Below, piece after piece: positions 52,232 through 64,000 of a stretch of 64,000 nucleotides of DNA (position 1 is the stretch's first letter; each line of letters opens with the position of its first letter). The stretch comes from Trichodelitschia bisporula (Eukaryota). The notes beneath the pieces are model-generated. The model saw only the letters and a list, made by a program, of their open reading frames with translations, was not told where the DNA came from and made no database searches. Both the position numbers and the translations under genes were made by a program. The stretch spans positions 430,153 through 494,152 of the forward strand of contig ML996697.1 in NCBI GenBank assembly GCA_010356995.1, given 5' to 3'.

Positions 52232-53015
52232 ATTCAACTTCTGAAACCTCTGCCACCAAGTCCGCTTGCCCTGGAAAGCCTTCCGCTACAACATCCCACC
52301 ACCCATTCACCAAAAATCTTCCCCTCCCTTTTGCACCACTCTTCTCCGCACACATCCTCCGTTCCACCGAAGCTTGTGTTGCATTTCGCTGGGTCGTCTT
52401 TTCGCGCAACCTCATCCTTCTGCTTCCGCCCAGCTCTTGTGCCCGCCGCTTCCCTGCCTGCGCCTCGATCATCCTGACGTGAAACAGGCACTTCGCATAC
52501 CACCGTCTTCTCTTCGCAAACATCACTTGACCTTTGCACTCGAGCTCACAAACACTATCGTCCTCTCCGCTCTCCTCCCCTCTGCCGGACCCTTACGGGT
52601 TGAATACTTGGACACAACCCAGCTGCCGGAAAGGTCACATTTGGCAACGTCCTTGACTGCGTGAGTAAGGTGTCGCCCACTCGGCGCTTCTTCCTGAAGG
52701 GCTTCGTGCCATCTTTTACTCCCTGCACATTCGGCAGTCGCATAGACGAAGTTTCTTTTTCACTGTCCTGAGGCTTCGGTCCGTTCAAGGCATAGCACAG
52801 CGTCGCGCTCGTTCCGTGTCTTGTGAGTGCTGGCTGCCTCCTCCCCTCTGGCTCCCTGTGAAACTCTGAACGCGCGGCTGAGTTTACCCTGCTAACTTTA
52901 TTTCTGTGCTAGACCTGGGTCCGACTTCTTGTCGTTGACACCGCACCGTCGCTCCTGGATATTGGAGGCGTAGAGGAAGGAGACCTTACACACACGACCA
53001 CGACAAGCCGCCGCA

Positions 53016-54202
53016 ATGGCTTCGGAAAATGAGGTGGATCTGGACTCCATCATAGACAGACTGTTGGAAGTGAGGGGTAGCAGACCTGGCAAGCAGGTGC
53101 AGCTCTTGGAGCAGGAAATTCGCTTCCTGTGCACCAAAGCGCGCGAGATCTTCATCCAGCAGCCTATCTTGCTGGAACTTGAGGCTCCCATCAAGGTTAG
53201 TTTTCGCTCCGATGAGCGGGAAGGCTTGGCTGACGCGGCGCAGATCTGTGGTGACATCCACGGGCAGTACTACGATCTCCTCCGTCTGTTCGAGTACGGC
53301 GGCTTCCCTCCGGAGGCCAACTACCTGTTCCTCGGCGACTATGTGGATCGCGGCAAGCAATCTCTTGAAACCATCTGCCTGTTGCTCGCCTACAAGATCA
53401 AGTACCCGGAGAACTTCTTCATCCTCCGAGGCAACCACGAGTGTGCGTCAATCAACCGCATATACGGATTCTATGACGAGTGCAAGCGTCGGTACAACAT
53501 CAAGTTGTGGAAGACCTTTACGGACTGTTTCAACTGCCTGCCTATCGCGGCGATCATTGATGAAAAGATCTTCACGATGCACGGCGGTTTGAGTCCCGAC
53601 CTCAACTCTATGGAGCAGATCCGCCGTGTGATGCGCCCGACGGATGTAAGTATTACTTTCAGCCCCTGGCCTCCTATTTCCTCGACGCAATTACATTTCC
53701 CCATCTTCGCGAGTTGACAGGAGGTCACCTCTTTGCGATTTGCTGACTCGAATAGATCCCCGATTGCGGCTTGCTCTGCGATCTCCTGTGGTCGGATCCT
53801 GACAAGGATATTACCGGGTGGAGCGAAAATGACCGCGGTGTCTCCTTCACCTTCGGGCCAGACGTCGTATCGCGCTTCCTGCAGAAGCACGACATGGACC
53901 TCATCTGCCGCGCCCATCAGGTCGTTGAGGATGGCTACGAGTTCTTCTCGAAGCGCCAACTCGTTACGCTCTTCAGCGCTCCCAACTACTGCGGTGAATT
54001 CGACAACGCCGGTGCCATGATGAGCGTTGACGAGAGCCTGTTGTGTTCGTTTCAGGTATGCTGAGTCTTATACTCCAGCTTTGCGACTCTGTGCTGACAC
54101 ATTCAGATCTTGAAACCCGCTGAGAAGAAACAAAAGTACGTCTATGGTGGTTTAGGCACTGGCCGACCCGTAACTCCGCCGCGCAAGGCAAAGAAGAAGT
54201 GA
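53016..54202 (+). CDS. GLC7: Serine/threonine protein phosphatase PP1 catalytic subunit
   Basis: GDIHGQ, GDYVDRG, RGNHE, SAPNYC and C-terminal TPPR. Introns 53196-53243, 53646-53755 and 54056-54106. Confidence 0.98.
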
Positions 54203-55823
54203 TGATGAACATTCCGTACAGCAGGTTCGGGCGCAGATAGACTCGGTTTCTCGTACCCGTGTCCCGCCAGCATTCCCTTGCCGTCAATTCCGTACAACTA
54301 TCATCGACTCCCTCCTAGCTACCGAACCGCCGAGCCGCCCCTTCCCGCATCACACAACTCTCTCGATTTTCGCTACTCGCATGCACACGAGGCATTGAAT
54401 TGTTTTTCTCTCGCTCAACGCCGGAATCCCAAACATTGACACGATAAACATAGGCTCCTCCTCACATTCAATGCTCTCGACCAGATGACCAAGACCCGCG
54501 CTCCTCATCCGATGCCGAACCCGCTCCCTCCGACTCTGAACAAGAACTAATCCTAGGTGCATCTCACCAACATACCCCTTTGTCTCGAGGCTCTGTCTTG
54601 ACCTGTGCTCGATGGTACCTTGGGAGACTTGTGGTATGGACGTGGAAGAGCGTTGTGCCAGGACTGGGAGTAGTAGTGTGTGCTTGGTAGAATTGTGGTT
54701 TCCTGTTTCTTTTGTCTACCTCTTTCGCCGCGGACACTTATCACTAAGGGGCTCTCGTCTTGCGGGTGGTGTTGAGGGTGGAGAGTTAGGATGTGGATGG
54801 ATCTTTAGGGGAGATTTGCGAGGCGACGGAAGTGTGTAGTCATACGCATTTTTCTGACCCTTCACTTCCTTCTGGTATCCTTCTCTTCCGCTCTTCTTCT
54901 TCTGCACGTATGACCCAGAGCATGAGAACCGGCTGTTATGCGGTGGAGGTGGAGTTGTCTGAGAAAGAGAATGGAGAAATGGGTGTTGCACTTCGTCTTT
55001 GTGTGTGCAAGCTATCTCTATGTGCGAAGTGGGACATGTACGGAAGGTTGTCAGTGGGTGTGGTGGGTACGGGTTTCTGCATTCGTTCTCGAGCCCGCTC
55101 TCTCCCTACCCTGCCATCCCTCCTTCATCCGATATGGCCTTCCCTCTTACCCCATGCTGCTTCTAGTCTTGTCATTTCCCAACTTCTAGCTGCGTGTGGT
55201 TAGGGGCTTTTGTGTGTGTGTGTGCTGTGTATGTTTGTATGTGTAGTGGGGGTGCTCACTTCAGGTCGCGGCTGTGCATGCGGTGGGCTAGCTAGTGGTG
55301 TGTCGATTATGGCTTATATGTTACTGACGGCTGGGGATTACGATACAACATGCGGGATGTTGAAATGTGGGAGTACCTTTTTCTTGTTCTCTCACGACAC
55401 AACGGGGACATTAGGGTTAACGTGGAAACCGAGCATATTGTGGGAGTAGGAGGTACTGGCTTAGGAGTAGGCCAGGTGGTGCTCACGGCTATGGGGAAGC
55501 TGTGTGGTTTCATTCTCTTGATGACGCTTTGTTTTAGGGGCAGACATGTGTGCCCAACGGTTGTTTCTTTTTGCTGGTCTTGCGAATTCTATTGTTTGCG
55601 TGCGTGATGGTCCCTGGCTGTGTATGTGATGCTGTGATACTCGGTCTTCTGGAGCGGATATCGACCCAACGCCCTTCTCTAAACTCGATGTCCACCCCTA
55701 ATCCAATCTTACTCCCTCATCAATCCGCCCATGGCATCAGACACCCTTCCATCAGACATCCTTCCTTCCACCGCACCCCCTGACCGCCACCCAGACCCCC
55801 ACATCCGTTAAGCGCTCCCCTCC

Positions 55824-57176
55824 TCACCCGCCCCCCCTCCCACTCCCCGGATTCCCCACCTCCATCTTCCGCCCCCTCTCCTCCCCTTCCCCCGCTGGCC
55901 GCTGCACCTCCCCCGTCGGCCTCTGCACCAAAATCTTCGGCACCTCGCCCTGATTTCCACCCCCCACGACTCCTCCCCCAATCACCACCCCCCCCGGCTT
56001 CCTCCACTCCTGCTCCGCCCTCTCGCGCTTCACCACCAACGGCTCCAGCAAACACCCCAATATCGGAATTCGCGCCAAATTCCCCAACCATCCCGTCGGG
56101 CGCAGCGGCGGCGCGTAAACATCGGTCCGCGGGAACGACGCATGGTCCGGGAGCCCCGGCCGGATGGACGGTGGTCGGCTAGACGCATGCCGGCTGGATC
56201 GAGACGTGTACGAGCCGGGCGCGGCGACGGGAGTGGGGCCGGCCGTGGTGCAGCCCGCGGTGGAACCCGCGGTGGAGGCGGCGGAGGAGAGACCCCCTCC
56301 GGAGGCGGACGTGGCGCCGGCAGCGCCGATGCCGTCAAAAGGCGCGGGCCCGAGGACGGAAGCGCCGCTCCACATGGTGGGCATGGGGAGGCTTCCTTGT
56401 TTATCCATGTAGGTTTTGACGTAGGCGTCGCGGCGGGCGAGGTGCTCCTGGTGGGCCTTGATTTCGTGGGGGGTGAGGTTTTCGCGGGTGCAGCGGGAGC
56501 AGCGGGAGGAGCAGGTGGGTGTGCGGGAGGAGGTGGAGCTGCGGGAGGCGGTTGATGCGGCGGAGGGGGCGCGGGAGTGGCGGGAGGAATGGGAGTGGGA
56601 GCGGTGGGAGTGGGATTGGGGGTGGGAGCGGTGGGAGTGAGGTCGGGACGAATGAGAGCGGGACGAGTGGGAGTGGGACGAGTGAGGACGGGGGTGGGGC
56701 GAGTGAGGTCGGGACGAATGAGATCGGGAGTGAGAGCGGTGGGAGTGGGACGAGTGAGGTCGGGAGTGAGATCGGGGAGAGTGAGGGCGGGAGGAGTGAG
56801 ATCGGGAGTAAGATTGGGAGGAGTGAGGGCGAGAGGAGTGGGAGCGTGAGGAGCGGGAGCGGCTGGCGGATGTTGCTCGCGAGCCTGAGCGGGAGGAAAA
56901 GTGGCCGGTGGATCTTGGTCGTGTGCGTGAGAGGGAGGAAAGAGAACGGCTGATAGAATCCGCTCGTGTTCCTGGGAATCCCGGGGAGAGGTGGACGTGT
57001 TGGTTGGGGGCGAGGAGGTCCAGTTTTGGGTCTGTTGGGGGTAGAACTTGGTAATAATGGTGTGGAGGCACGGCAGGGTTTCGTAGCGCTCGTAGGGGAT
57101 AGAGATTCAAGCGTGGATAGAGAGACAGGTGTCGTCGCGGGATGTCGTATGCCTTGGATGCGGGAACGGGGAACAT
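55824..57176 (-). CDS. Hypothetical low-complexity protein with Ser/His/Arg repeats
   Basis: 450-codon ATG-initiated ORF with repeated SHSSRPHS units. Shows the C-rich 5' to G-rich 3' skew seen in other genes in this window. Confidence 0.6.
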   Translation of the reverse strand: MFPVPASKAYDIPRRHLSLYPRLNLYPLRALRNPAVPPHHYYQVLPPTDPKLDLLAPNQHVHLSPGFPGTRADSISRSLSSLSRTRPRSTGHFSSRSGSRATSASRSRSSRSHSSRPHSSQSYSRSHSSRPHSPRSHSRPHSSHSHRSHSRSHSSRPHSPHPRPHSSHSHSSRSHSSRPHSHRSHPQSHSHRSHSHSSRHSRAPSAASTASRSSTSSRTPTCSSRCSRCTRENLTPHEIKAHQEHLARRDAYVKTYMDKQGSLPMPTMWSGASVLGPAPFDGIGAAGATSASGGGLSSAASTAGSTAGCTTAGPTPVAAPGSYTSRSSRHASSRPPSIRPGLPDHASFPRTDVYAPPLRPTGWLGNLARIPILGCLLEPLVVKRERAEQEWRKPGGVVIGGGVVGGGNQGEVPKILVQRPTGEVQRPAGEGEERGRKMEVGNPGSGRGGG

Positions 57177-57468
57177 AGGAGTGTGGTAGTGGTTATGGAT
57201 GCGTGGGTTGGATTTGTTTGATGTTGTTTTGGTTGTTGGAGGCGTCTCTGGGAATATGGTGAGAAAGTGCGGTTAATGACGGAGGTAGGTCTGCCCTGCG
57301 GGGTGCCTGCTCCATGGAAAAGTTGACGGGTGCCTCTTTCCATGTCAATCTACATGAACGCAGGTTCAACATGTACAGGGATATCATAGCCTTTAACATT
57401 TTGACGATAGTGGTCCAATCGCGCTATATTACACGCCGCAGCCGTTCGCCATCCGGTCTATGTACATT

Positions 57469-58238
57469 TTACTTCAGCGCAGCCTGAAGGCTCTCAAGCA
57501 CCTGTCCACGTTAGCTGCATGTTCTGCGACTGCTGGCACTGCCGTACCTCAAGCTCGATCTTGGCCTCCGCAATGTCCTGCTCACTGCCGCTGCCGTTCG
57601 CAACCTTCTGGGCCTCGGCAATCTGGTTCCGGACCGCCTCAGCGCTGAAGTCCTCGAGCGGGTAGCCTTCGACCTGCGCCTGATTAGAATCAGATCGCAG
57701 AAGTCCAATTATGCACCTACGGCGTTGATGCTCAGCTGCGAGCCGGGCTGCACGACGGCAAACCCGCCAGACACTATCCGCGTCAGCTAATTCCCCCTCC
57801 TCGTGTCGCAGACCACTCACGGAAAAACTGCTTCGTGGTGCCCGCCTCCTCGATGATCTCCACGACGCCGGGCTTCAGCTGCTCAATCGACGGCACGTGG
57901 TTGGCGAGCACACCCATCTCACCCGTCTCGGCGGGGAGGTTGACCTGGATACTGTATCCATCAGCATTACGCCTTGTTTCCACCTAACCGGACGATTTGC
58001 ACGTACACCTCGGAGCTCTTGTAGATAGCCTGCACGCGCGCACCGTCAGCAACAGCTCAATTGCTCTCCATTCCACCCCTTCATCCATTGTACGCACCTG
58101 GTGAGGCAGCGACAGGCTCAGCTGCAGCTTATCCGAGGCGACGTCGGCGTAGCCGCGGCGGAGCATCAGCGGCGCGGGCGCGCGGAAGGCCGTCGGGCGC
58201 ACCTTCAGGGCCGACCGGGCGATGCGGATTGCGCTCAT
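57469..58238 (-). CDS. ATP16: Mitochondrial ATP synthase delta subunit
   Basis: Presequence ending RRGYA, then QVNLPAETGEMGVLANHVPSIEQLKPG, SGGFA and AEAKIELEVLESLQ. Six exons, including a 23-nt exon at 58007-58029. Confidence 0.96.
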
Positions 58239-58358
58239 GGTATCGCGGTTCGGGTGGTTGAGGGAGAGGGGATGGCTCAATTGAGAGGGGAAGGGTCGAG
58301 GTCGTTGTTGGCGGAGTTTTGCGAGGTTCCACGATTGGGTTCCGGATCCCGGCGTGCG

Positions 58359-58370
58359 AGTCACGTGACT
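58359..58370. promoter_or_regulatory. Palindromic E-box (AGTCACGTGACT) upstream of ATP16
   Basis: Perfect 12-bp palindrome with a TCACGTGA bHLH core, ~120 bp before the ATG. Confidence 0.35.
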
Positions 58371-58670
58371 TTGCGGCCTGCAGGTTGGGACAGCAGTCGA
58401 CCAAGGCAAGGAAAGTCAAGAGTGAGGTTTTGACTTGTCTGATTTATTTTACGAAGCTAACTTCATTGCAGAGAGTTCTGCGGATATCATACAATTTCAG
58501 CAGAGCTTGGCCTCAACTCCAACACAGGCCAGCTGGTGAACAGGATCTCAACGTCCCCTCATTACAACGCGGACATGATCGAAGCAAGCAAATAAAATCT
58601 TCCGAGTCCTCTTGGACTCGTCGATTAAAAGGATATCTCGCCAAAAATTCCATCTTGGTCTAGACGGCAA

Positions 58671-59467
58671 CTACAATGCCCCAATGTTGGCCTCCTGCGC
58701 CCTCGGTGATAATTCCATAAACGGCGTCGGTGCCGCAGTCTTCTGATACACTTGTGCAGGTGTCTTGACCGTTGCCGGCCTGTACAGCGCGGATCCAGCT
58801 GCGACGGTTGTTCGTCTTCTCCAAGAGCCGTTGTAAGTGTATGGTGCGCGAACGAGATGCATGCGGTAGAAATGTACCGCGAAGACGATGAGAGAAGCGA
58901 TGAAAAGAACGCTAGTCCCATTAGCGCCGCTTTGTTGGACTGACGAAGACCTACAAACTTGTGGCTCCCATTACCGCTGCCGCCCCCATGACATCGCGAT
59001 ACGTCTCCCAGTGCTCCGGCGGTGGGGGCAGGTTGGTTCGTTTCCTGGTGCAGAATGTCTGTCCGAACACGGTTGGGCAGCTCCGCGTGTTTCTAATGGT
59101 ATATGCCGTCACCCATGAAGCCAGATTGGACCAGCATGCGAGCCAGGCAACAACAATGATGCATTCTAGAACGAGGATTACGATGCGGTTGTAAATTTTC
59201 GGCAATATGAGTCTGGCGATGAGGTAGTAGGTACAGGCGGAAAGCGAAATCACAGACTGAGACGTCAGTCAAGCTGGCAAGAAGGGCCGAACGACATACC
59301 ACGAAAATGGAGTAACCCAAGCCTTCGAAATAGTGAAGCCAAAAGAGACTGTAGATGCAGCAGCCGAGGACGCCGAAAGCCAGCGCATTCTGGAGGAAAC
59401 GAAGTGCAATGAAATAACCGGGTATAGATGGAATGTGGTCATCTCGTGAGAGACCCACTTGATTCAT
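58671..59467 (-). CDS. MARVEL-like four-TM membrane protein
   Basis: IALRFLQ start of TM1, four hydrophobic segments and an E…W…W…LA pattern. Introns 59257-59299 and 58912-58954 keep the frame. Confidence 0.8.
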
Positions 59468-60878
59468 TGCCAGCCGTGTAGAAGAGATGGGATCACGAAA
59501 CGCCAGAGGACTGCCGCGACCTGAGCATCACTGTGGAGAAGGTCAAATGTGCAACACGCGAGAGCCATCAGCAAGCCCCGTGCCTGGTATATGTACGGGG
59601 CTGGCAACCTCCACACGGCAGGTCCCGACTTATTCTCCGCCCAATGGCACACAGAGATTTAAATTTTAGTCCATGGCGTTCCTGAATCACCGTTGTACGG
59701 ACGGAGCCATATCTCATAGGGCCATACCCTTGGCATTCATGCACCCTCCATCTGCTCGTTAGCTTAGGACTGCGACGGTGAGACGACACTGGGTGGTACG
59801 ACTGCAGCTGAACCCGTAGCCTTGCTGCACCGCGTCGACGCTTGTGTCCTTGGAAGGTTTGGCAAGTCCTTGCGATCCAGGTTCTTCGCTTTCGCGTGGT
59901 TTCCGCCCAGAGCAGCCTTCGACGCCCTGCGAAGCATCGAGCCACAGGAAACTCACTCTTTTCGCTTGGAGAGATTGTCGTCGCGCCTAAGCGCGCAGAA
60001 TGGCTTGGGAAGTCTAGGCTGCATAAGGGGGTGAGCGACCGAGAAGGTCAACATGAGAGTTTTGTGCGGACAAATCACCGCTTTTATGTACCCATGAAGG
60101 AAATGGCGGGGATGGAGGAGGTTAGCATTCCGAAGCCGTGATTGGTGAGCCGTGTCGCGGCTAACGCAGCCCACCCGCCCCTGAGAAGGGCAGTTGGTCC
60201 GATGCTTGAAGGACAGAGGTCGCTCATCAAAAGGTCGACGTAGCCTGGATCCGGCTATCGGAACGTGTGTCAAGGTTCAGCAGGGCAGGATTACGCGTTG
60301 TTGTTTTCTTCTTCGCCGGGTCGTGTTGTGCAGACGTCAGGGTATTCGCAAGCCCAGAGCCAAGTTGTTGGGCTATCAATTCTTTGATGAGCTGCTCGAC
60401 GCCATCGAGCTAAGGAGACACAGGCATTGAGAATGAGGCTTTATTTTACATCCCTAGATGTGGGCTGCAAGGCTGAAGCTGATATCGGCCTTGCGTGACC
60501 TGTGTGGATTCCAAATGGTGGGGGAAAGTGACCGCACAACTGCTCTCGGAAGCGACCCTGTGGAGTAGACTGATGTCAGTGATACGTACTTGGAGTGGGA
60601 GTTCGCTTCGGAAGAGATCCTTCCTCCATCGAAACCATTGAAGTAAGAGCAACACGGGAAGTTGTTCCCTTTCATCTCATTCCTTGAAGACGTTGTTTTT
60701 GAGCATGTTCCTGTGGCGTCCTATCCCCGGCCCGTGCAGATCATTGTTGCCACTCCGAAATGGTCCGAGCTGTTCGCGTATCGATTGGCGCCCTTGTGCC
60801 CGGGCCGTCAGCGCAAAGCTTGGGCTTCACGAACGCCACTTTCAGACATCATCGTGTTCCTCGAAGCAATCAACTGTG

Positions 60879-61976
60879 ATGTCACAACCCAAGTACCTCA
60901 CTGGCGACAAAGCTGGTATCGAAGAGTTTCTCGATAAGTTCGATGTAAGGGACTCGCGCCTTCTTATCGGCAGCCGCTAAATTCCAAGGTCTTCCTCTTC
61001 GACTGCGATGGTAGGTTGAGCCGCACTCAACTCGAATGAGGACCTGAGCCAAATAAGAATAGGCGTTTTGTGGTCCGGGGATGCCATCTTTCCCGGAACC
61101 GTGGAAACCCTTGAAATGCTGAGGAGCAAGGGTGAGTTCACACGGTAATTGATGAAACGCCACTCAAGACCATGAAGGCAAGCGGCTCGTGTTTGTCACC
61201 AACAACAGCACCAAGTCCCGTGCCGACTACCGCAAGAAGTTCCTTGGCTATGGCATCCCGTGTGAAACAGTATGTCTGGCTGGAGAGGTCTGAAACGAGG
61301 CTCATGACAGTAGGAAGAAGTGTTCTGCTCGTCGTATAGCGCTGCCGTGTATCTTTCTCGTATTGTCAAGCTCCCAGCGCCAAAGAACAAGGTCTACGTT
61401 CTAGGCGAGTCTGGGATCGAGAGCGAACTCGCCGCAGAGGGCGTCCCGTACATCGGCGGGACGGATCCAGCGCTCCGCCGCGACATGACCCCCGAGGACT
61501 TCAAAACCATAGCCGATGGCTCCGCCCTGGACCCCGACGTCGGCTGCGTCCTTATCGGGCTTGATTTCCACATCAATTACCTGAAAATGGCTCTGGCCTT
61601 TGCATATCTCCGGCGCGGAGCTCTCTTCCTGGCCACCAACACCGACAGCACGCTCCCCCAGGCCAATTCCTTTTTTCCCGGAGCCGGTTCTGTTGGTGCT
61701 GGCGTTGTTAAGGCGCATGGGAAGGATCCTCTGTCGCTTGGAAAGCCGAGCCAGGCGATGATGGACGCCGTTGAGGGCAAGTTCCAATTCGACCGCAGCC
61801 GAGCGTGTATGATCGGCGATCGTCTGAATACTGATATCCAGTTCGGGATCGAAGGCAGGTTGGGCGGCACACTCATGGTGCTGACTGGCGTCTCGACGAA
61901 GGAGGAGATCCTCGGCGAGGGCAAGGCGACTGTTCCCGCTGCCTATGTGGACACTTTGAGCGACTTGCTGGGCTAG
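60879..61976 (+). CDS. PHO13: HAD-IIA 4-nitrophenyl/phosphoglycolate phosphatase; alternative upstream ATG at 60705
   Basis: FDCDGVLW, VTNNSTKSR, ATNTD, GKPS and MIGDRLNTDIQFG. Introns 60945-60988, 61011-61062, 61132-61177 and 61270-61313. Confidence 0.95.
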
Positions 61977-64000
61977 CAGACGGTGGCACGGTAGCTCCGG
62001 AGAAACGGGAGTGTCTTTCAGCGCAGTTATGACGATAGACGAACTGGAATAGACTTTGCAATTGCTACGGAGCTAGTGATTTTGCAGTGCCAGAGGACCA
62101 GTAAATGCGCCTTCCAACGCTGCGTTACGGAGTCGCCTCGACGGTCGGCCAGATCTTTACTACTGATGTTCCGCGACCGAGCCTGGCCGGGAACCAGGAG
62201 GCAAATGATACCAGCTCTATCCGGAAGCTTACGCAGGCATGGACTGAGAGGACGTCGACCCAGGTCATCACGGTCCAAAGTCATATCAGACAACCCCTTT
62301 TATTTTTGGCTGATTGAAGCCATTCCGCCGGTGGATTTCGGCCTAGAATAGTGCCCCAAAGGATCCAGCCGAAGCCGCGCCGGGCCGGAAAGTGACATCA
62401 GCAAGGTCTTTCAGAGGAGCGGAGTGAGTCTGGCCATCGAGACGCTGACCTTTCGCCAAGAACTCATCCGGACGAACTTCAATTTAGGCATACTTTCTGT
62501 GGAAGAAATCGGCTCGGTCCAAAGCGTTGTGTCGACGCTCAGTTTAGGCAGTAGCATCGCTGAACTGTAGGGCTACAAAGGGCTTTTCTTCACAGGTCGC
62601 TAACCAGATTCCGGAAGATCGTACAATGCAATGCTACCCGACGTCCAGCCCTCAATTGGGTCCACCCACCACTCTCGACGCCTTCACAGCTGCCCCCTAG
62701 CAGTACTGCATTCACTCGCGGTCCATCCCCGTAGTGAGGGAGGAGCCACACGCCCAATTTCGACGAGCAGTGAATGACGTTTCAAGGCCCCATTCCGAAA
62801 ATGGCATGAACACCAGGGTGTTCAATTCGTGTCAGGAAAGCCACGAAGCATTGGAAGCTGAGAGCGAGTGTCACGCTGGGTGTCTGCTAGGCCTAATCCG
62901 CTGCAGGCATTCCCCAGCAATCCCTCGTTGTGTACGATGTTATCCACACTGGCAATCCATGCCGAGTCTCTGCCCTTTACCGGTACACACGTGAGTTCGG
63001 CGAGACTTGCTCGGAACCCTTGTGTCGGGAGGACGACGAACATTTGGAAGGAGCCGATTTGTCTGTACAGTCATGGATATGTCAACAGTCCTTCACTCCA
63101 TTGGCGTTGGGTCCCCGTGACGGCGGTGGTGATGTGTGACAATGTGCCAGCGGACAGGAAAGAGGTATGAAGGAGTGTTTAAGGCAAGCCTCGTCTTTCA
63201 CAATTGCTCGACAAGGAGGGTAATGCGAGCTCATGTCAGTATGATATCGTTTGCTCTTGGTGAATGGGAATGTGAACGCAGTGATAACCAAAACGGCAAG
63301 AGCGGTTGACTGCCAGCAGGAGCGCTTCTAAACTGCGAACAGGATGACGACCTGGCACAACTGAATGAAGCCACAAGATTCCGTCCCTCTCAAACCCAAT
63401 TTGTCGACAAGCATGACAAATCGACGGCGAGCTGAAGAGGAACGGCGTAACTATCGCGACATTCCACTCGATTCCTTCAGCAAGCTTCACTGATGGCAGA
63501 CAAAGAACAGTACCTCCCCTTCGACCCCAAACAATCCTAAAGAACGCTCCATCCAGCCCGATTGACGCCCAAATGCCGGATTGGACTGACGCACTTCGCA
63601 GTCGATGGGCATTCCGCCATCGATAGTCCGGCTGAGCAGAGGCGTACGTAGCCACTATACTCCCCCACATAGACGTCCTGAGCAGCGTTTCCTACCGTCA
63701 TCCTGTCAGTCCATCAGCTCCTATTTGTGCGACCTCGCTAATCTGCCTTCTCATTCCCTACGGCGAAGATGCCTCCACCGTCTCCCCAAGCCGCCCAGCG
63801 AAGCAGGAAAGACAACCAACGCCCAACAAGAAATACTCACCTATCCAAGCCCGCTTTCAACATCAAAAAGCCCCACACGGGCTCGGAACGCAAGCAAATC
63901 GCCAGCCTAGCGATGCTGCACTATTTCTGCCATCAAGGGCGGGGCAACCACTAGTACAGGCGGCCAGGGAATATCGCGGGCGCTTAATCCATCTACACGC

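Noticed and set aside
55411..55420. TAACCCTAA on the minus strand as a telomerase template
   Set aside because: A single 9-mer can occur by chance in 64 kb. I saw no surrounding structure, and a transcript would run antisense into PP1.
62000..64000. Short ORFs downstream of PHO13
   Set aside because: No coherent gene model or motif; may be decayed sequence or belong to a gene outside the window.

Overview
This is nuclear DNA from a filamentous ascomycete (Pezizomycotina-type), with short GT-AG introns (mostly 43-56 nt) carrying CTRAC/CTAAT branch sites. The left ~11 kb looks accessory. It holds an orphan repeat-rich spliced gene, a LINE remnant, RIP-like decayed ORFs and a fungal NLR (PNP_UDP-NACHT-WD40, with two N gaps), and it ends at a divergent dispersed 5S rRNA copy. 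The remainder is mostly housekeeping: a Cys-finger protein, a secreted/GPI-type Cys-rich protein, tRNA-Lys(CTT), PRI2, a PaaI thioesterase, VPS5, CDH1, an M18 aspartyl aminopeptidase, an LRR protein, PP1 (GLC7), ATP16, a MARVEL protein and PHO13. The most notable unexplained signals are three. First, a ~0.9-kb densely base-paired non-coding segment (17.15-18.1 kb) containing the telomere-template octamer AACCCTAA, a telomerase-RNA candidate. Second, the accessory/NLR block ends at a 5S copy, a possible Starship-type boundary. Third, PHO13 and the aminopeptidase have in-frame upstream ATGs encoding mitochondrial-type presequences. All exon structures and helices were derived by hand; no searches or folding programs were run.
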